Source: a virus
Reading direction: 5' to 3' (one strand)
Virus record (IMG/VR): IMGVR_UViG_3300032675_001827
Location: 10,605 to 74,604 of that record
DNA length: 64,000 bases
The position numbers and the translations under genes were made by a program. Shown here piece by piece: positions 37,926-59,188 of the stretch; the first letter of the stretch is position 1; every line of letters starts with the position of its first letter. The notes under the pieces are model-generated. The model was not told where the DNA came from. It was given only the letters and a program-made list of their open reading frames with translations, and ran no database searches.

Positions 37926-38654
37926 GTGAAGTTGATTATTATGAGTCAAAATGATAAAGCACTAACCAGATGGGAATACAGCAAGCAATTCAGCAACTAC
38001 CACTTTGATCCTACAATAAACGAGGATCAAGATCCCCATTGGAAATATCTTGGTAGGGTAGAGGGCGATTTAGCAGGCATTTTTTATTCTGCTTTAGAAC
38101 AGGGCAAAATAGAACCAAATGGATTTTTAAATAGATTGTCTGTTCAAATTGGTTTGACTGAAAAACCATTTACGTACGAATACGATAAAGCGGAATTAGA
38201 ATACTTAAATTTAGACCCAAATCATACTTTTTTTGATAACTTGAACTGTAAACATCTTGAAGGTGTTCAAAAAATTATGTCAGCTTTCCATTGTCAACAT
38301 GCTGGTGCAACATTTCATATACAAAGACCTGGTCAAACGTTTCCATTTCATATTGACGAAATACCGGGTGTTAAAAATAATAGGCATGGAAGCTTATTAG
38401 ATAAACATCCTAAATGGGGTTGCAGATTTGAAATTCCTATTTTTGACTGGCAGCCTGGACATGTATGGGCAGTAGGTAATACATACTGGAAACAATGGAA
38501 AGCTGGTGATATTTTTTGGCACGATTGGCGAAACACACCGCACAGAACTGCTAACATTAGTAGGTGTGACAGAGTGACACTACAAATTACCGGTTTATGT
38601 TCTGGTGAAACCATTGAAATAATAGAAAATGGTGGTTTAACAATACATGTATGA
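37926..38654 (+). CDS. Cupin/2OG-Fe(II) oxygenase-like protein
   Basis: QRPGQ.FPFHID (HxD), DWQPGH, WKAGD, PH.TAN...RVTLQITG. Confidence 0.6.
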   Translation: MKLIIMSQNDKALTRWEYSKQFSNYHFDPTINEDQDPHWKYLGRVEGDLAGIFYSALEQGKIEPNGFLNRLSVQIGLTEKPFTYEYDKAELEYLNLDPNHTFFDNLNCKHLEGVQKIMSAFHCQHAGATFHIQRPGQTFPFHIDEIPGVKNNRHGSLLDKHPKWGCRFEIPIFDWQPGHVWAVGNTYWKQWKAGDIFWHDWRNTPHRTANISRCDRVTLQITGLCSGETIEIIENGGLTIHV

Positions 38655-39426
38655 TCTATTTGACAGCAACCATTATGGCTTCAATTTCAAATACCTATCA
38701 AGCATAGATATAGATTTAGACCATAGTCTGCTTCAAAAAATATTAGAATATTTGGTGCAAAATGCTTCTGTGTCTATGCCACTAGGAAAACAAGATCCAT
38801 TTTGGTTAGGACAAAGAATAAGGGGTGTGGATATGGATACTGTACCTGAAGAACTAAAAAGCTTGAATCCTGCACAAATTGAATTCTTTTTACGACAACG
38901 CACCGATGTCAGTTGGAATTGGGTTGATACTCCAATTACGCAAACGGTGTATAAATTACTTGAACCAATTAGTTCTTTGTATAAAACTCTAACAAGAGTT
39001 AAAATTTTTGCTCAAATTCCGACTAAAGCCATTTTGCCACACAGAGATTTAGTAGCCGGTGCAATGTACAACAGGATGCATGAAGATACCGTTACTAGAC
39101 TTGGAACAAATCTTCTTAGATATAATGGCGAGGAATGGTTCAAAAAAATTTATACAGTTCCTGATAATTTTACTCATGCTGAGCAAGGCTATCTAGCATT
39201 AAAAATACCATTGGATTTTCTCCAACCAGGGAGATCATATCTTTGCGATTTTGAAAATAATAGATATTATTACGATCCATCTAATAAGCCATATTTGCTT
39301 AACGAATACGAAATTCTACATGGTGTTGATGCAGTTGATCAATGGAGAGGTGTAGTGTTTCTCGACGGGATACTAGATATAAGTAAAATTAATTGTATGC
39401 AGAAACCTATGCACAGAAATTCTTAG
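38647..39426 (+). CDS. Putative 2OG-Fe(II) oxygenase-like protein
   Basis: I.PHRD (HxD), HGVD...R. Confidence 0.45.
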   Translation: MYDLFDSNHYGFNFKYLSSIDIDLDHSLLQKILEYLVQNASVSMPLGKQDPFWLGQRIRGVDMDTVPEELKSLNPAQIEFFLRQRTDVSWNWVDTPITQTVYKLLEPISSLYKTLTRVKIFAQIPTKAILPHRDLVAGAMYNRMHEDTVTRLGTNLLRYNGEEWFKKIYTVPDNFTHAEQGYLALKIPLDFLQPGRSYLCDFENNRYYYDPSNKPYLLNEYEILHGVDAVDQWRGVVFLDGILDISKINCMQKPMHRNS

Positions 39427-39917
39427 TGTGTCTCCCATGGAAACACAATCCATCTAGGGTTGCTATTTTTATTCACAGATAGTCCGTAAAAATCAACAAA
39501 AAAATCAGAAACTAGGTTGTCAACTAAAACGGCAGATCGCAGATTATTTTGACAAACTGTTGTCCAATCCTCTTGCGACATTACGCCTGCAACATTAGAG
39601 TACCAATCCTCTTGAATCCACTTGAATGTAGCCCCTGAATCATTTATATCGTCTACTAATAGAATTTTTTTACCGCCAATTAGATCCTCTGGCATCCAGC
39701 AATTTGTTTCGCAATCTTTGTCATCGCGCAGGCTTACTTTTAAGCCGTACATAGGAACTTCCAATATATGGCTCAACATTACTGCCGGAACCGCGCCGCC
39801 TCGTAATATTCCTACTATATAATCAGGCCTCCACTTGCTTTTCAAAATATCAAAAGCAAGCTTGTTGGTTAAATTCTGAAACTTTTTCCAAGAAAAAACT
39901 CTAGTTTTTAGGTCCAT
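39423..39917 (-). CDS. Purine phosphoribosyltransferase (Gpt-like)
   Basis: GILRGG.VPA, ILLVDDINDSGAT (PRPP loop), WIVFPWE. Confidence 0.88.
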   Translation of the reverse strand: MDLKTRVFSWKKFQNLTNKLAFDILKSKWRPDYIVGILRGGAVPAVMLSHILEVPMYGLKVSLRDDKDCETNCWMPEDLIGGKKILLVDDINDSGATFKWIQEDWYSNVAGVMSQEDWTTVCQNNLRSAVLVDNLVSDFFVDFYGLSVNKNSNPRWIVFPWETH

Positions 39918-40696
39918 AAATTTTTCCTAATCTTTACAAGCCGAATCAGCATATCCTGATCTTCTTGATCATACTCATTTTCAATTTGTCGGCATTTATC
40001 TAGTATTTGTCTAGTTTGCTCTCTGTCATCTTCGGAATCATCTTCAAAGTCTAAAATATCCTTACCGCTCTTCTGTAACTGATCACAGTAATCGGACCAT
40101 CCGCTTGCGTCATACGGATCTGGTCTTGCAGGTCGTGTATATTTCCACCAATGGTAGAGCTCCCAGATTTCTCGCGCTGCATGTGCTTGCTGATCGCAAC
40201 GCGATGTAGCATCAAGATTGGGGTCATCTAATGACATTTCCCATGTGAGATAATCCAGCCCTGCTTGCGGATCTCTAAACGCTTTAAACCTGGTTTTTCC
40301 TAAGCTCCACCAAGGATGCTTGCGTTTGTTACGTTCTTCTTTACTAAAGACCACTTGCATCCAGGCCTTTTCAACTTCCACAAAATCTACAAGTAGATTA
40401 AACATACCGTGTAGCATGCGTGTGTCCCCGTCAGCATATCCTGGTTTTAGTCCGGTGTTAATTACGTGATACCGATCAAAAACACGCACACGAATTCCAT
40501 AGCGTAATTCGCTAAGCGGACGTGTAAAGAATTTTACACAATCGTCAAATTTATCAGGCAATGTTTCGGCTAGAAAATATGCTAACGGCCGTTCAGCTTT
40601 AGTCTTTTCGTGCCAGATACGCCAACCTTTCCAGGTTTTTGCCTCAGGTTTTTGTAAATTAAGATATTGTTTTACTTTGTATAGAGTGTTTTTCAT
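39908..40696 (-). CDS. Conserved hypothetical phage protein
   Basis: TTGACA-17-TATACT promoter (40705-40733, minus strand) 8 nt before the ATG at 40696. Confidence 0.7.
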   Translation of the reverse strand: MKNTLYKVKQYLNLQKPEAKTWKGWRIWHEKTKAERPLAYFLAETLPDKFDDCVKFFTRPLSELRYGIRVRVFDRYHVINTGLKPGYADGDTRMLHGMFNLLVDFVEVEKAWMQVVFSKEERNKRKHPWWSLGKTRFKAFRDPQAGLDYLTWEMSLDDPNLDATSRCDQQAHAAREIWELYHWWKYTRPARPDPYDASGWSDYCDQLQKSGKDILDFEDDSEDDREQTRQILDKCRQIENEYDQEDQDMLIRLVKIRKNLWT

Positions 40697-40729
40697 GCTA
40701 TCGTAGTATAGCATTCAAGATGCTGGCTG

Positions 40730-41554
40730 TCAAGCTTGGGGTTTTAATAGTATTAAGTTTTGCTCGTTTTCAATAATGAATCCGTTGTTTACAGCATAAA
40801 CCCCGTACGCTGGTCCAAGTAAGCGTTGCAAATTACGACCTTGTTCGCTTTCTAATCTTATATCAAGATTTTCTGGAATACTATCTGCTATATAAAAACT
40901 GAATATGTTGTTATTTTTTAGAAAGCTTACAGTTCTGCCTTCTAACATTACACTGTCAGCATTGCTATTGATCCAAAATTCTTTTAATGATTCTTCGCTT
41001 TCCGGTTCTTCGCTTTCCGGTTCTTGATCTTGATCTTGGTCTTGGTCTTGGTCTTGGTCTGTGTCCGTTTTATCTTCTATAGAGTTTTGCTCATCATCAT
41101 TTGTGTCGTCCGTAGGTTCAGAAATTGGTTCAATAATTTTGCTTTGATCAAGTTCTATAGACTTGTTGAGATTTTCTAAGTTTACATCTGCTGGTGATTT
41201 TTGTCGAGGCGATTGAAACTGCCATTGATCTACATTGGTCAAGTTATCAACGTCTTCTAAAATGTTAATTAAAATTTGTGGAAAATTCTTTGTGCGAGAA
41301 ATTTCGACCCAGACGACATAAAAGCCATCTGGTGTTGGAGCAGGACTGACTTCTGTATCTAATATAGGTTGGCTACTCCTATCTATAAAATTACTTAAAT
41401 CACGTGCAGGATCGGCATCCCCGCAGTAAAAGCCGACCACGATACATTTTTTGTCTGAAATTTTACTTTCAAACTCATCAATACTGATAACAGGTTGTAC
41501 CAGATATTCAAGGGATTTTCGAGAAAGCCCTTCGTTAAATTTCTGCTTGCTCAT
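40730..41554 (-). CDS. Conserved jumbo-phage protein with an acidic DQ/EPESE low-complexity linker
   Basis: SIDEFESK, PARDL..FI, D.EVSP; start at 41554 overlaps the upstream gene. Confidence 0.7.
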   Translation of the reverse strand: MSKQKFNEGLSRKSLEYLVQPVISIDEFESKISDKKCIVVGFYCGDADPARDLSNFIDRSSQPILDTEVSPAPTPDGFYVVWVEISRTKNFPQILINILEDVDNLTNVDQWQFQSPRQKSPADVNLENLNKSIELDQSKIIEPISEPTDDTNDDEQNSIEDKTDTDQDQDQDQDQDQEPESEEPESEESLKEFWINSNADSVMLEGRTVSFLKNNNIFSFYIADSIPENLDIRLESEQGRNLQRLLGPAYGVYAVNNGFIIENEQNLILLKPQA

Positions 41555-42062
41555 TGTTCCCCATTGTTGCGTTTTCTTCTGTAGCACCTTCTGCATTGGC
41601 ATCTTCGACGGTCTCAGCGTCTTCGATCCGATCATCATATAGGTTCATAACTTCATCTTCTATGTCTTCTATGAAACGTCTTGGAATAAGCATTTCAACT
41701 ATCCATACTTTTTCAACTTTAATCTTTGGCTTGTGTGTACCAGGTTGATAATCTGAAGGAGTTTTAACTTTAATAGGAACTTTTTCGTTTACCAATTGGA
41801 ATTTGATTTTAGTTCCATGCCCTAGTAATCGTACTCCGCCCATTGGGTCAGGCATCTGTTTGTGAGGCCATTTAAACGTAACACCTATCCAATAAGGTTT
41901 AACATAAGGGCCACCGATTAGCTCGCCATGCATCCAATTTTTAAACGCATATAGATCATTTCTATCAAGGTAGTCTTCAATAGAAATCATGATGTCTATA
42001 AGGTCTGGGCTATCACTAATCCTTTTTATGACCTGCAAAACTGTGTTGTTTGTATTATCCAT
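41535..42062 (-). CDS. Conserved jumbo-phage protein (late gene)
   Basis: DLYAFKNW..GEL..GP, MPDP.GG.RL; TATAAATA 7 nt upstream. Confidence 0.7.
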   Translation of the reverse strand: MDNTNNTVLQVIKRISDSPDLIDIMISIEDYLDRNDLYAFKNWMHGELIGGPYVKPYWIGVTFKWPHKQMPDPMGGVRLLGHGTKIKFQLVNEKVPIKVKTPSDYQPGTHKPKIKVEKVWIVEMLIPRRFIEDIEDEVMNLYDDRIEDAETVEDANAEGATEENATMGNNEQAEI

Positions 42063-42093
42063 TGCAATGTATTTATAATAACAACATCGTAAA

Positions 42094-43081
42094 TTATTGT
42101 TTGTATTTTGTTATAACGACATCGCCGGGCTCGATACAAGTACTTTTGGTGCAGATAACAGGTTCTGTTAACAGTTGCACATTAGATAAATCACCAATCA
42201 ATTTAATTCCGCAAATTCCTGCATAAACTATACCCGATGGCACAACGCAAATGGTTTCCTGTCCAGCATGACATTTCCAACCTGTAAAATGATTGAGATC
42301 GTTTCTTATAATCCAATTTCTAGCATATATACGATTGAATTCTTCTTTTTCATCACTTTCGTTTATTAATGAAATTTTATCAAATGTTTTTGATTTCCAT
42401 TTAGCGACGTGTAATTTTGTTATTTCCGGAGTTGTGTCATGTGTAGAGTCTTGTGTAGTTAGATAATTTCTTTGTGATTCTGTATAGCTCTGTGGATCCT
42501 TTCTTTTTCCATTTGCATCTAGAGCGTTAATTACTTTTCTATTGGCCCTGTTACCAAATTTATCCCGAATAATTTCATATCGTTTCACACTGGCATCCCA
42601 ATCCTCTGCATCCATTGAGCAATTAAATCTCACGTCGCATTCTCTAGCCAACAGAAATTCTCCTAAAGCAACTATTTTTCCAATATCTGTTTCATTATGT
42701 GTGGATAATATGACATTATCTGGTATTCTTTTTAGATTTTGCCACCATTGCACTGATCTTGACCCATTTGAGATTAGAACTGTATAGATTTCTGGGTCTA
42801 GCACTTCTATTATATCAGGCAAATGTTTATAGGTTGTGGGTTCTCCGCCTGTCAAAACCAGTGTTATTTTCTTGCCTTGTTTCTTTTGTTCGTTTAACCA
42901 GTTACAAAATCCAAGGACTTTTTCAATAGGCTGAGAATTAAGACTTTTTACATCCTTTTTTATGCTGCCATTCTTCACAGTATGAACATGAAAAATTGCA
43001 ATACTCAGTTAATACCCAAAAAACTTCTAGATGTAGCTGTGTAGGCATAATACCGCACAGCTGAGAAAATTTACTGTTCAT
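42094..43081 (-). pseudogene. Radical SAM protein split by a +1 frameshift in an A6 run
   Basis: ATG at 43081 gives ...EVFWVLTEYCNFSCSYCEEWQHKKGCKKS* (stop at 42938). The rest (TGGEPT, SNGSRS, W.C.AG, Cys-rich tail) is in the next frame; the homopolymer is at 42956-42961. Confidence 0.8.
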
Positions 43082-43102
43082 ATAAAAGCTTTTATAACCT
43101 TT

Positions 43103-43855
43103 CTAAGATTTTGCATACCATTTCAAAATTGTAGAAATTACAGGATGACGTTCTACATCATTTTTAGTAAATTCTATAACTTTAATACGATCGTGCGATT
43201 CAAATCTATTTAGAAAATCAGTTAATCCGTTTTTTTGTCCTCGATCACTTTGGTCAATGTCTCCGGTAACAATGATCTTGCTACCTTCGCCAATTCTAGT
43301 CAAAACGCTTACCATACTATTAGGTGTTGTATTTTGGCCTTCATCTACTATCACTATGCTGTTTTTCAAAGTACGTCCTCTGACAAACGCCATTGGTAGC
43401 AGTTCTATTACATTTTCTTCTATCATAGCCTGTATTTCTTTTACAGAATAATATTCTTCGAAAATTTCTAAAATAGGTCTGGTCCAAGGAGCCATTTTAG
43501 CATAAATGTCGCCTGGCAAAAATCCTATGTCCCTGTCATCTAATGCAATGTTAGGACGTGTTATAACAATTTTATTGATTACGTGTTCTTTGAGTTGTTG
43601 AATTGCATAAAGTGTGGCTATGTAACTCTTTCCAGTTCCTGCTGGACCGGTAGCAAAAACAATGTCTACCTTTGGATTATCAAGCGCATCTATGTAAGCT
43701 TCTTGCGCTAGGTTTTTAGGAAGTAAAATAACTTTTTGTTTTATTGGCTTTCTATAGTTGTTTATATCTATTATATTTTCTTTTGATTGATTGTTTGAAT
43801 AGCTGCGTGTTTTCTGATCTGCCTTATAACCGGCGTGCTTTAAACGTCTGCTCAA
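43103..43855 (-). CDS. phoH: PhoH-like ATPase
   Basis: GPAGTGKS, IGFLPG, RGRTL, DEGQN, TRIGEGSK, GDIDQSD, RHP. Confidence 0.93.
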   Translation of the reverse strand: MSRRLKHAGYKADQKTRSYSNNQSKENIIDINNYRKPIKQKVILLPKNLAQEAYIDALDNPKVDIVFATGPAGTGKSYIATLYAIQQLKEHVINKIVITRPNIALDDRDIGFLPGDIYAKMAPWTRPILEIFEEYYSVKEIQAMIEENVIELLPMAFVRGRTLKNSIVIVDEGQNTTPNSMVSVLTRIGEGSKIIVTGDIDQSDRGQKNGLTDFLNRFESHDRIKVIEFTKNDVERHPVISTILKWYAKS

Positions 43856-43886
43856 TTGATTCTCCTTAATACAAAGGGTTCATGTC

Positions 43887-49904
<6,018 letters not shown>

Positions 49905-49917
49905 AAGGCAACTAAAA

Positions 49918-50265
49918 ATGGCAGGTTTACCACTTAATACATTTAAAAGCGTTCCGGTTCCGGTTACTACAGAAACTCAAGTTATATATACGGCACCTTT
50001 GGGGATAACAAGTATAGTCCTTATGGCACAGGTATCAAATGTTGTACCTACTGCACCAGCTCCAACTGTTAATTTTATGCATTACAGTTATAAAACAGGA
50101 TTAACTACCTATATCGTTTACCAAGCAGTTGTTCCACCAAATGATGCTCTTATACTTTTAGGTGGAAAATTAGTTTTAGAGACCGGGGATCAAATATCTG
50201 TAGTCGGCAGTGCAAACAGTGCTATGCAGTTTATAGCAAGCATATTAGAAACTGCAAACCAATAG
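49918..50265 (+). CDS. Small virion structural protein
   Basis: LPLNTFK, IYTAP, GKLVLETGD, SILET. Confidence 0.7.
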   Translation: MAGLPLNTFKSVPVPVTTETQVIYTAPLGITSIVLMAQVSNVVPTAPAPTVNFMHYSYKTGLTTYIVYQAVVPPNDALILLGGKLVLETGDQISVVGSANSAMQFIASILETANQ

Positions 50266-50320
50266 CATAATATATTCATATTCTCGCTAAATACCTAATA
50301 ATTAAATCTTAAGGTTCTAA

Positions 50321-55612
<5,292 letters not shown>

Positions 55613-55621
55613 AGTCCTAAT

Positions 55622-55673
55622 CTTGATATTGCCTTGAACAATTATATAAAATTGTAATCAAGGCAATATCAAG
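55622..55673. promoter_or_regulatory. Long hairpin overlapping a promoter and the SD of the next gene
   Basis: CTTGATATTGCCTTGA...TCAAGGCAATATCAAG, a 16-bp perfect arm plus inner ACAATT/AATTGT; SD AAGGGA at 55671-55676. Confidence 0.7.
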
Positions 55674-55680
55674 GGATTAC

Positions 55681-56967
55681 ATGAAATATAGCATCATCAT
55701 ACCAACCTATAATCACTGCGATGATCTTCTAAAACCTTGTCTGGAATCCATATTCAAATATACCGACATGCAAAATGTTGAACTAATTATATCTGCAAAT
55801 GGATGCACAGACAATACCAAATGGTACCTTCAATCATTAAGACACCAGTTTGATAGTTTAGGATTTGGTAAAAATTTCAAATTTTTATGGAGCGACACCC
55901 CTTTAGGATATGCAGGCGCAAACAACGTTGCAATTGAGCAAGCCACTGGAGAAAAAATAGTACTCCTCAATAATGACATAGTTTTACTTGAACAAACTAA
56001 AAATCAATGGTTGGACATGCTTAGTGCAGAATTTGATAATAATCCTAAATGCGGAGTGTCATGTCTTATAAAAGAATGGTCAGCGCCAGCTGGCACTGAT
56101 TTTGCAATTTTCTTCTGTGTAATGATTGCTAGAGAATTGTTTGATATTGTTGGTCTTCTCAATACAGAGTATGGTGCAGGTGCAGGAGAAGATACGGAAT
56201 TTTGTATTGAAGCTAGAAAAGCTGGATATGAAATTTGCCAAGTAGGAGAAAAGGTTCTAGATCAAGGTTCTGCATTTTATGTTGGGCCAGTTCCAATTTA
56301 TCACAAAGGCGAAGGTACTTATCATGATACCAATTTATTTCCAGATTGGAATAATATCTTCTATAGAAACGGAATGATACTTGCTAAGAAATACAATCCA
56401 AGCTACTATAAAAACGCACTTTGTAACAATTTCGAAAGGGCTGTATTTCTTAAAGGCGATGTTGTCGATCCAAGAGAAGTTGCTAGGTATAAGTGGGCAG
56501 CGGCTTATATTAACGGAGGATCTGTTTTAGAAATTGGTTGTTCTACAGGATTTGGTTTACAGTTTTTACCAGAAAACATAGAATACATCGGTGTCGATTA
56601 TGATAATACAATTATTGAAGTGGCTAGAGAACAAAATTGGAGAGCATTATCAAAATTCATACACGCAGACATAAATTCTGTAGAACTAGGTTTTTTTGAT
56701 ACAATAATTGCATTTGAAGTTATAGAACACCTAGACAATGGATTAGATATAGTACACAATTTAAAATCTTGTTGTAATCAATTGCTGATTACTGTTCCCT
56801 ATCAAGAACAACCAGGATTCTGGGGTCAACATCATAAGTTGCACATGCTAAATGAATCCCATTTTCCAGATTTTGAAATTTGGTATATAGATCAAGATGG
56901 AAATTTACTCAGTCAACCTAATACAAATACATATAATCTAATGGTTTGCAGATACTATGCCCGCTAA
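55681..56967 (+). CDS. Glycosyltransferase family 2 fused to a class I SAM methyltransferase
   Basis: YSIIIPTYN, NGCTD, LLNNDI, GEDTEFC; VLEIGCSTGFG, FEVIEHL, ITVP. Confidence 0.85.
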   Translation: MKYSIIIPTYNHCDDLLKPCLESIFKYTDMQNVELIISANGCTDNTKWYLQSLRHQFDSLGFGKNFKFLWSDTPLGYAGANNVAIEQATGEKIVLLNNDIVLLEQTKNQWLDMLSAEFDNNPKCGVSCLIKEWSAPAGTDFAIFFCVMIARELFDIVGLLNTEYGAGAGEDTEFCIEARKAGYEICQVGEKVLDQGSAFYVGPVPIYHKGEGTYHDTNLFPDWNNIFYRNGMILAKKYNPSYYKNALCNNFERAVFLKGDVVDPREVARYKWAAAYINGGSVLEIGCSTGFGLQFLPENIEYIGVDYDNTIIEVAREQNWRALSKFIHADINSVELGFFDTIIAFEVIEHLDNGLDIVHNLKSCCNQLLITVPYQEQPGFWGQHHKLHMLNESHFPDFEIWYIDQDGNLLSQPNTNTYNLMVCRYYAR

Positions 56968-57931
56968 TATACTCTGTTCTATTTCCACCAAAGGTAGATA
57001 TCTTACTACCTTGCCTCTTGCTATATCTGCAGTAATTAATCAGACACTTAAACCAGATCGTCTTGTGATATTTGATGACAATGACGAACCAGAGGATATG
57101 CGCAAAGAACCTATATATCAACATTTGTTTCAAATTCTGAATATAAAAGGTATAGAATGGGAATGGTTATGGGCTGACAAAAAAGGACAACACTACAATC
57201 ATCAAAAAGCGAACAAAATGAATTTCAAATGGGTCTGGCGGGTCGATGACGACACCATACCCGAACCAAATGTTTTAGACACACTGTATGCTTTTACAGA
57301 TGATAATATTGGCGCAGTTGGAGGAGCTGTTTTGACCCCTCCGTTGATATTTGAAAACAGCAATGCTACTGGTAAAATAGAAAACATATATACTGAACCA
57401 AATATCCAATGGGGCACTATTCATAATACCACAGAGGTAGACCATTTGCATTGTACATTTTTGTACAGAGCTGGAATATGTGATTATAATTTGGGTCTAA
57501 GTCGTGTAGCACATCGAGAAGAAACCTTGTTTACATATGGATTAAAACAAAAAGGTTTCAAATTATTAGCTGTGCCAAATGCAACAACATGGCATCTCAA
57601 AAGCCCGTCTGGTGGTATACGCGATAATAATATTATGTCATTGTTCGAGCATGACGAACAGATATTCCAAAATACATTAAATTTAAAAAATCACACGATA
57701 GTAGTTCTTAATAACGGTATGGGAGATCATATAGTATTCAAACATGTTCTGCCTGATATTGCGAATCCAATAATATATTCTTGCTATCCAGATATAGTGC
57801 CAGGAAAAAGTATCAAAGAAGCCATTGATATGTTTGGTGATATTGAACAATTTAATATATATCGTAAGATGGACGAGTGGAAATGGACAGAAAGTTTAGA
57901 AAATGCATTTAGAAAGTTATATGTAAAATGA
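56957..57931 (+). CDS. Glycosyltransferase family 2-like protein with a C-terminal GT9-like N-lobe fragment
   Basis: NQT.KPD, WRVDDD, HREET; GMGDHI. Confidence 0.7.
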   Translation: MPANILCSISTKGRYLTTLPLAISAVINQTLKPDRLVIFDDNDEPEDMRKEPIYQHLFQILNIKGIEWEWLWADKKGQHYNHQKANKMNFKWVWRVDDDTIPEPNVLDTLYAFTDDNIGAVGGAVLTPPLIFENSNATGKIENIYTEPNIQWGTIHNTTEVDHLHCTFLYRAGICDYNLGLSRVAHREETLFTYGLKQKGFKLLAVPNATTWHLKSPSGGIRDNNIMSLFEHDEQIFQNTLNLKNHTIVVLNNGMGDHIVFKHVLPDIANPIIYSCYPDIVPGKSIKEAIDMFGDIEQFNIYRKMDEWKWTESLENAFRKLYVK

Positions 57932-58368
57932 TCCTTATAAGTCCTTATGCGAAAATTCTGCCTAACGGTACAGTCAATCCAAAAAATTATCCATTCTGGT
58001 CAGAATTGCTTGCACATATCTCAGTACCGGTTGTACAAATTGGGGTAGACGGTGAACAACAGCTGACACAAGATTTTAGAAAAAATCTTTCGCTAACTGA
58101 TCTAGCAAAACTAGTAAATGCTTGTACAACTTGGATATCCTGTGATAGTTTTTTCCAACATTTTTGTTGGGACCTCGGTAAACCTGGAATAGTTTTATGG
58201 GGGCAGTCAGACCCTCTTATTTTTGGTCACCCAGAAAATATTAATCTGTTGAAAGATAGAACATATCTATTTCATAATCAATTTTTATCATGGGACCTTA
58301 TACCGTTGAGAACTGATTGCTTTGTCGAGCCTGCTGTTGTAGTAGCTGCACTACAGAAATTCCTTTAA
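57928..58368 (+). CDS. Glycosyltransferase family 9 (heptosyltransferase-like) C-terminal-lobe protein
   Basis: KNYPFW, VQIG, DFR..LSL, SCDSFFQH, PGIVLWGQSDP. Confidence 0.65.
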   Translation: MILISPYAKILPNGTVNPKNYPFWSELLAHISVPVVQIGVDGEQQLTQDFRKNLSLTDLAKLVNACTTWISCDSFFQHFCWDLGKPGIVLWGQSDPLIFGHPENINLLKDRTYLFHNQFLSWDLIPLRTDCFVEPAVVVAALQKFL

Positions 58369-58386
58369 TTTCTATATAAATATTGT

Positions 58387-59106
58387 ATGAATCTTAAATT
58401 ACTAGATATTAATTACCTAAGAGCTCAAAATACAGCACAAGGACAGGCAGTTATTGCTGGGCCTACTCAGAGCATTACAACAACACCGACATTAGTAGTT
58501 ATAAACAATAATGTTGGTATTGGATCATCATCGCCTTCTTATCCGTTATCACTAAATGGCAATTTAGCGCTATTTGGCTCTACAAGTGGTATAATCTTTA
58601 GTGATGGTACAGAGCAGACTACTAGTGCCAGCAGCGTTGTTTTTCCAGGTAGTAGCACAGGCGCTATACAATTTAATAATAATGGCATATTCGCAGGCGA
58701 CGAAACAAATCTGTACTGGGACAGCGTAAATCTAAGATTAGGTGTCGGCACGAATACACCTAGAGCAACTTTTCAAATTATAGATGTGGGCTATGAAAGC
58801 ACAAATACATCAACATCTACAACAGACCCTGTCTTGCTTGACAGTTTTCCGGTACCTTATTACAGAAGTTGCCATTATATTGTGCAAATAACAGATGAAA
58901 ATAACAGTTGGTATCAGACTAGCCAGGTTATGCTGATACAAGACGGCTTAAATGCATTTCAATCCGAATATAACATCATAGTCACGCAAGCCAAACTAGG
59001 AGAACTTACCTGTCAGGTTAGTAGCGGCAACGTTGAATTGCTTTTCACACCGTTTTATGCTTCCGATAAAAATATCAAAGTTATTCGTACTAGTATAGAA
59101 CCGTAA
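58387..59106 (+). CDS. Virion/tail-fibre-associated protein
   Basis: NVGIG, GIIFSDGT.Q, RLGVGT..P; C-terminal YRS..Y..Q...SEY domain shared with 59189..63400; TATAAATA at 58375-58382. Confidence 0.7.
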   Translation: MNLKLLDINYLRAQNTAQGQAVIAGPTQSITTTPTLVVINNNVGIGSSSPSYPLSLNGNLALFGSTSGIIFSDGTEQTTSASSVVFPGSSTGAIQFNNNGIFAGDETNLYWDSVNLRLGVGTNTPRATFQIIDVGYESTNTSTSTTDPVLLDSFPVPYYRSCHYIVQITDENNSWYQTSQVMLIQDGLNAFQSEYNIIVTQAKLGELTCQVSSGNVELLFTPFYASDKNIKVIRTSIEP

Positions 59107-59188
59107 GGTTACTTATACCGGTTTTGCATAAATACCTGTAACATTATTGATCTGATGATCAGCAAATTTACAGATAGGGCAGTAGTCG

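Noticed and set aside
42950-42965. Programmed -1 frameshift at A-AAA-AAG in the radical SAM gene
   Set aside because: The heptamer is phased in the downstream frame; joining the halves needs +1, not -1.
43079-43105. PhoH-radical SAM fusion by TAG readthrough (the ATG is in frame 7 codons after the stop)
   Set aside because: One-in-three chance of being in frame, PhoH is already complete, and the downstream gene has its own start.
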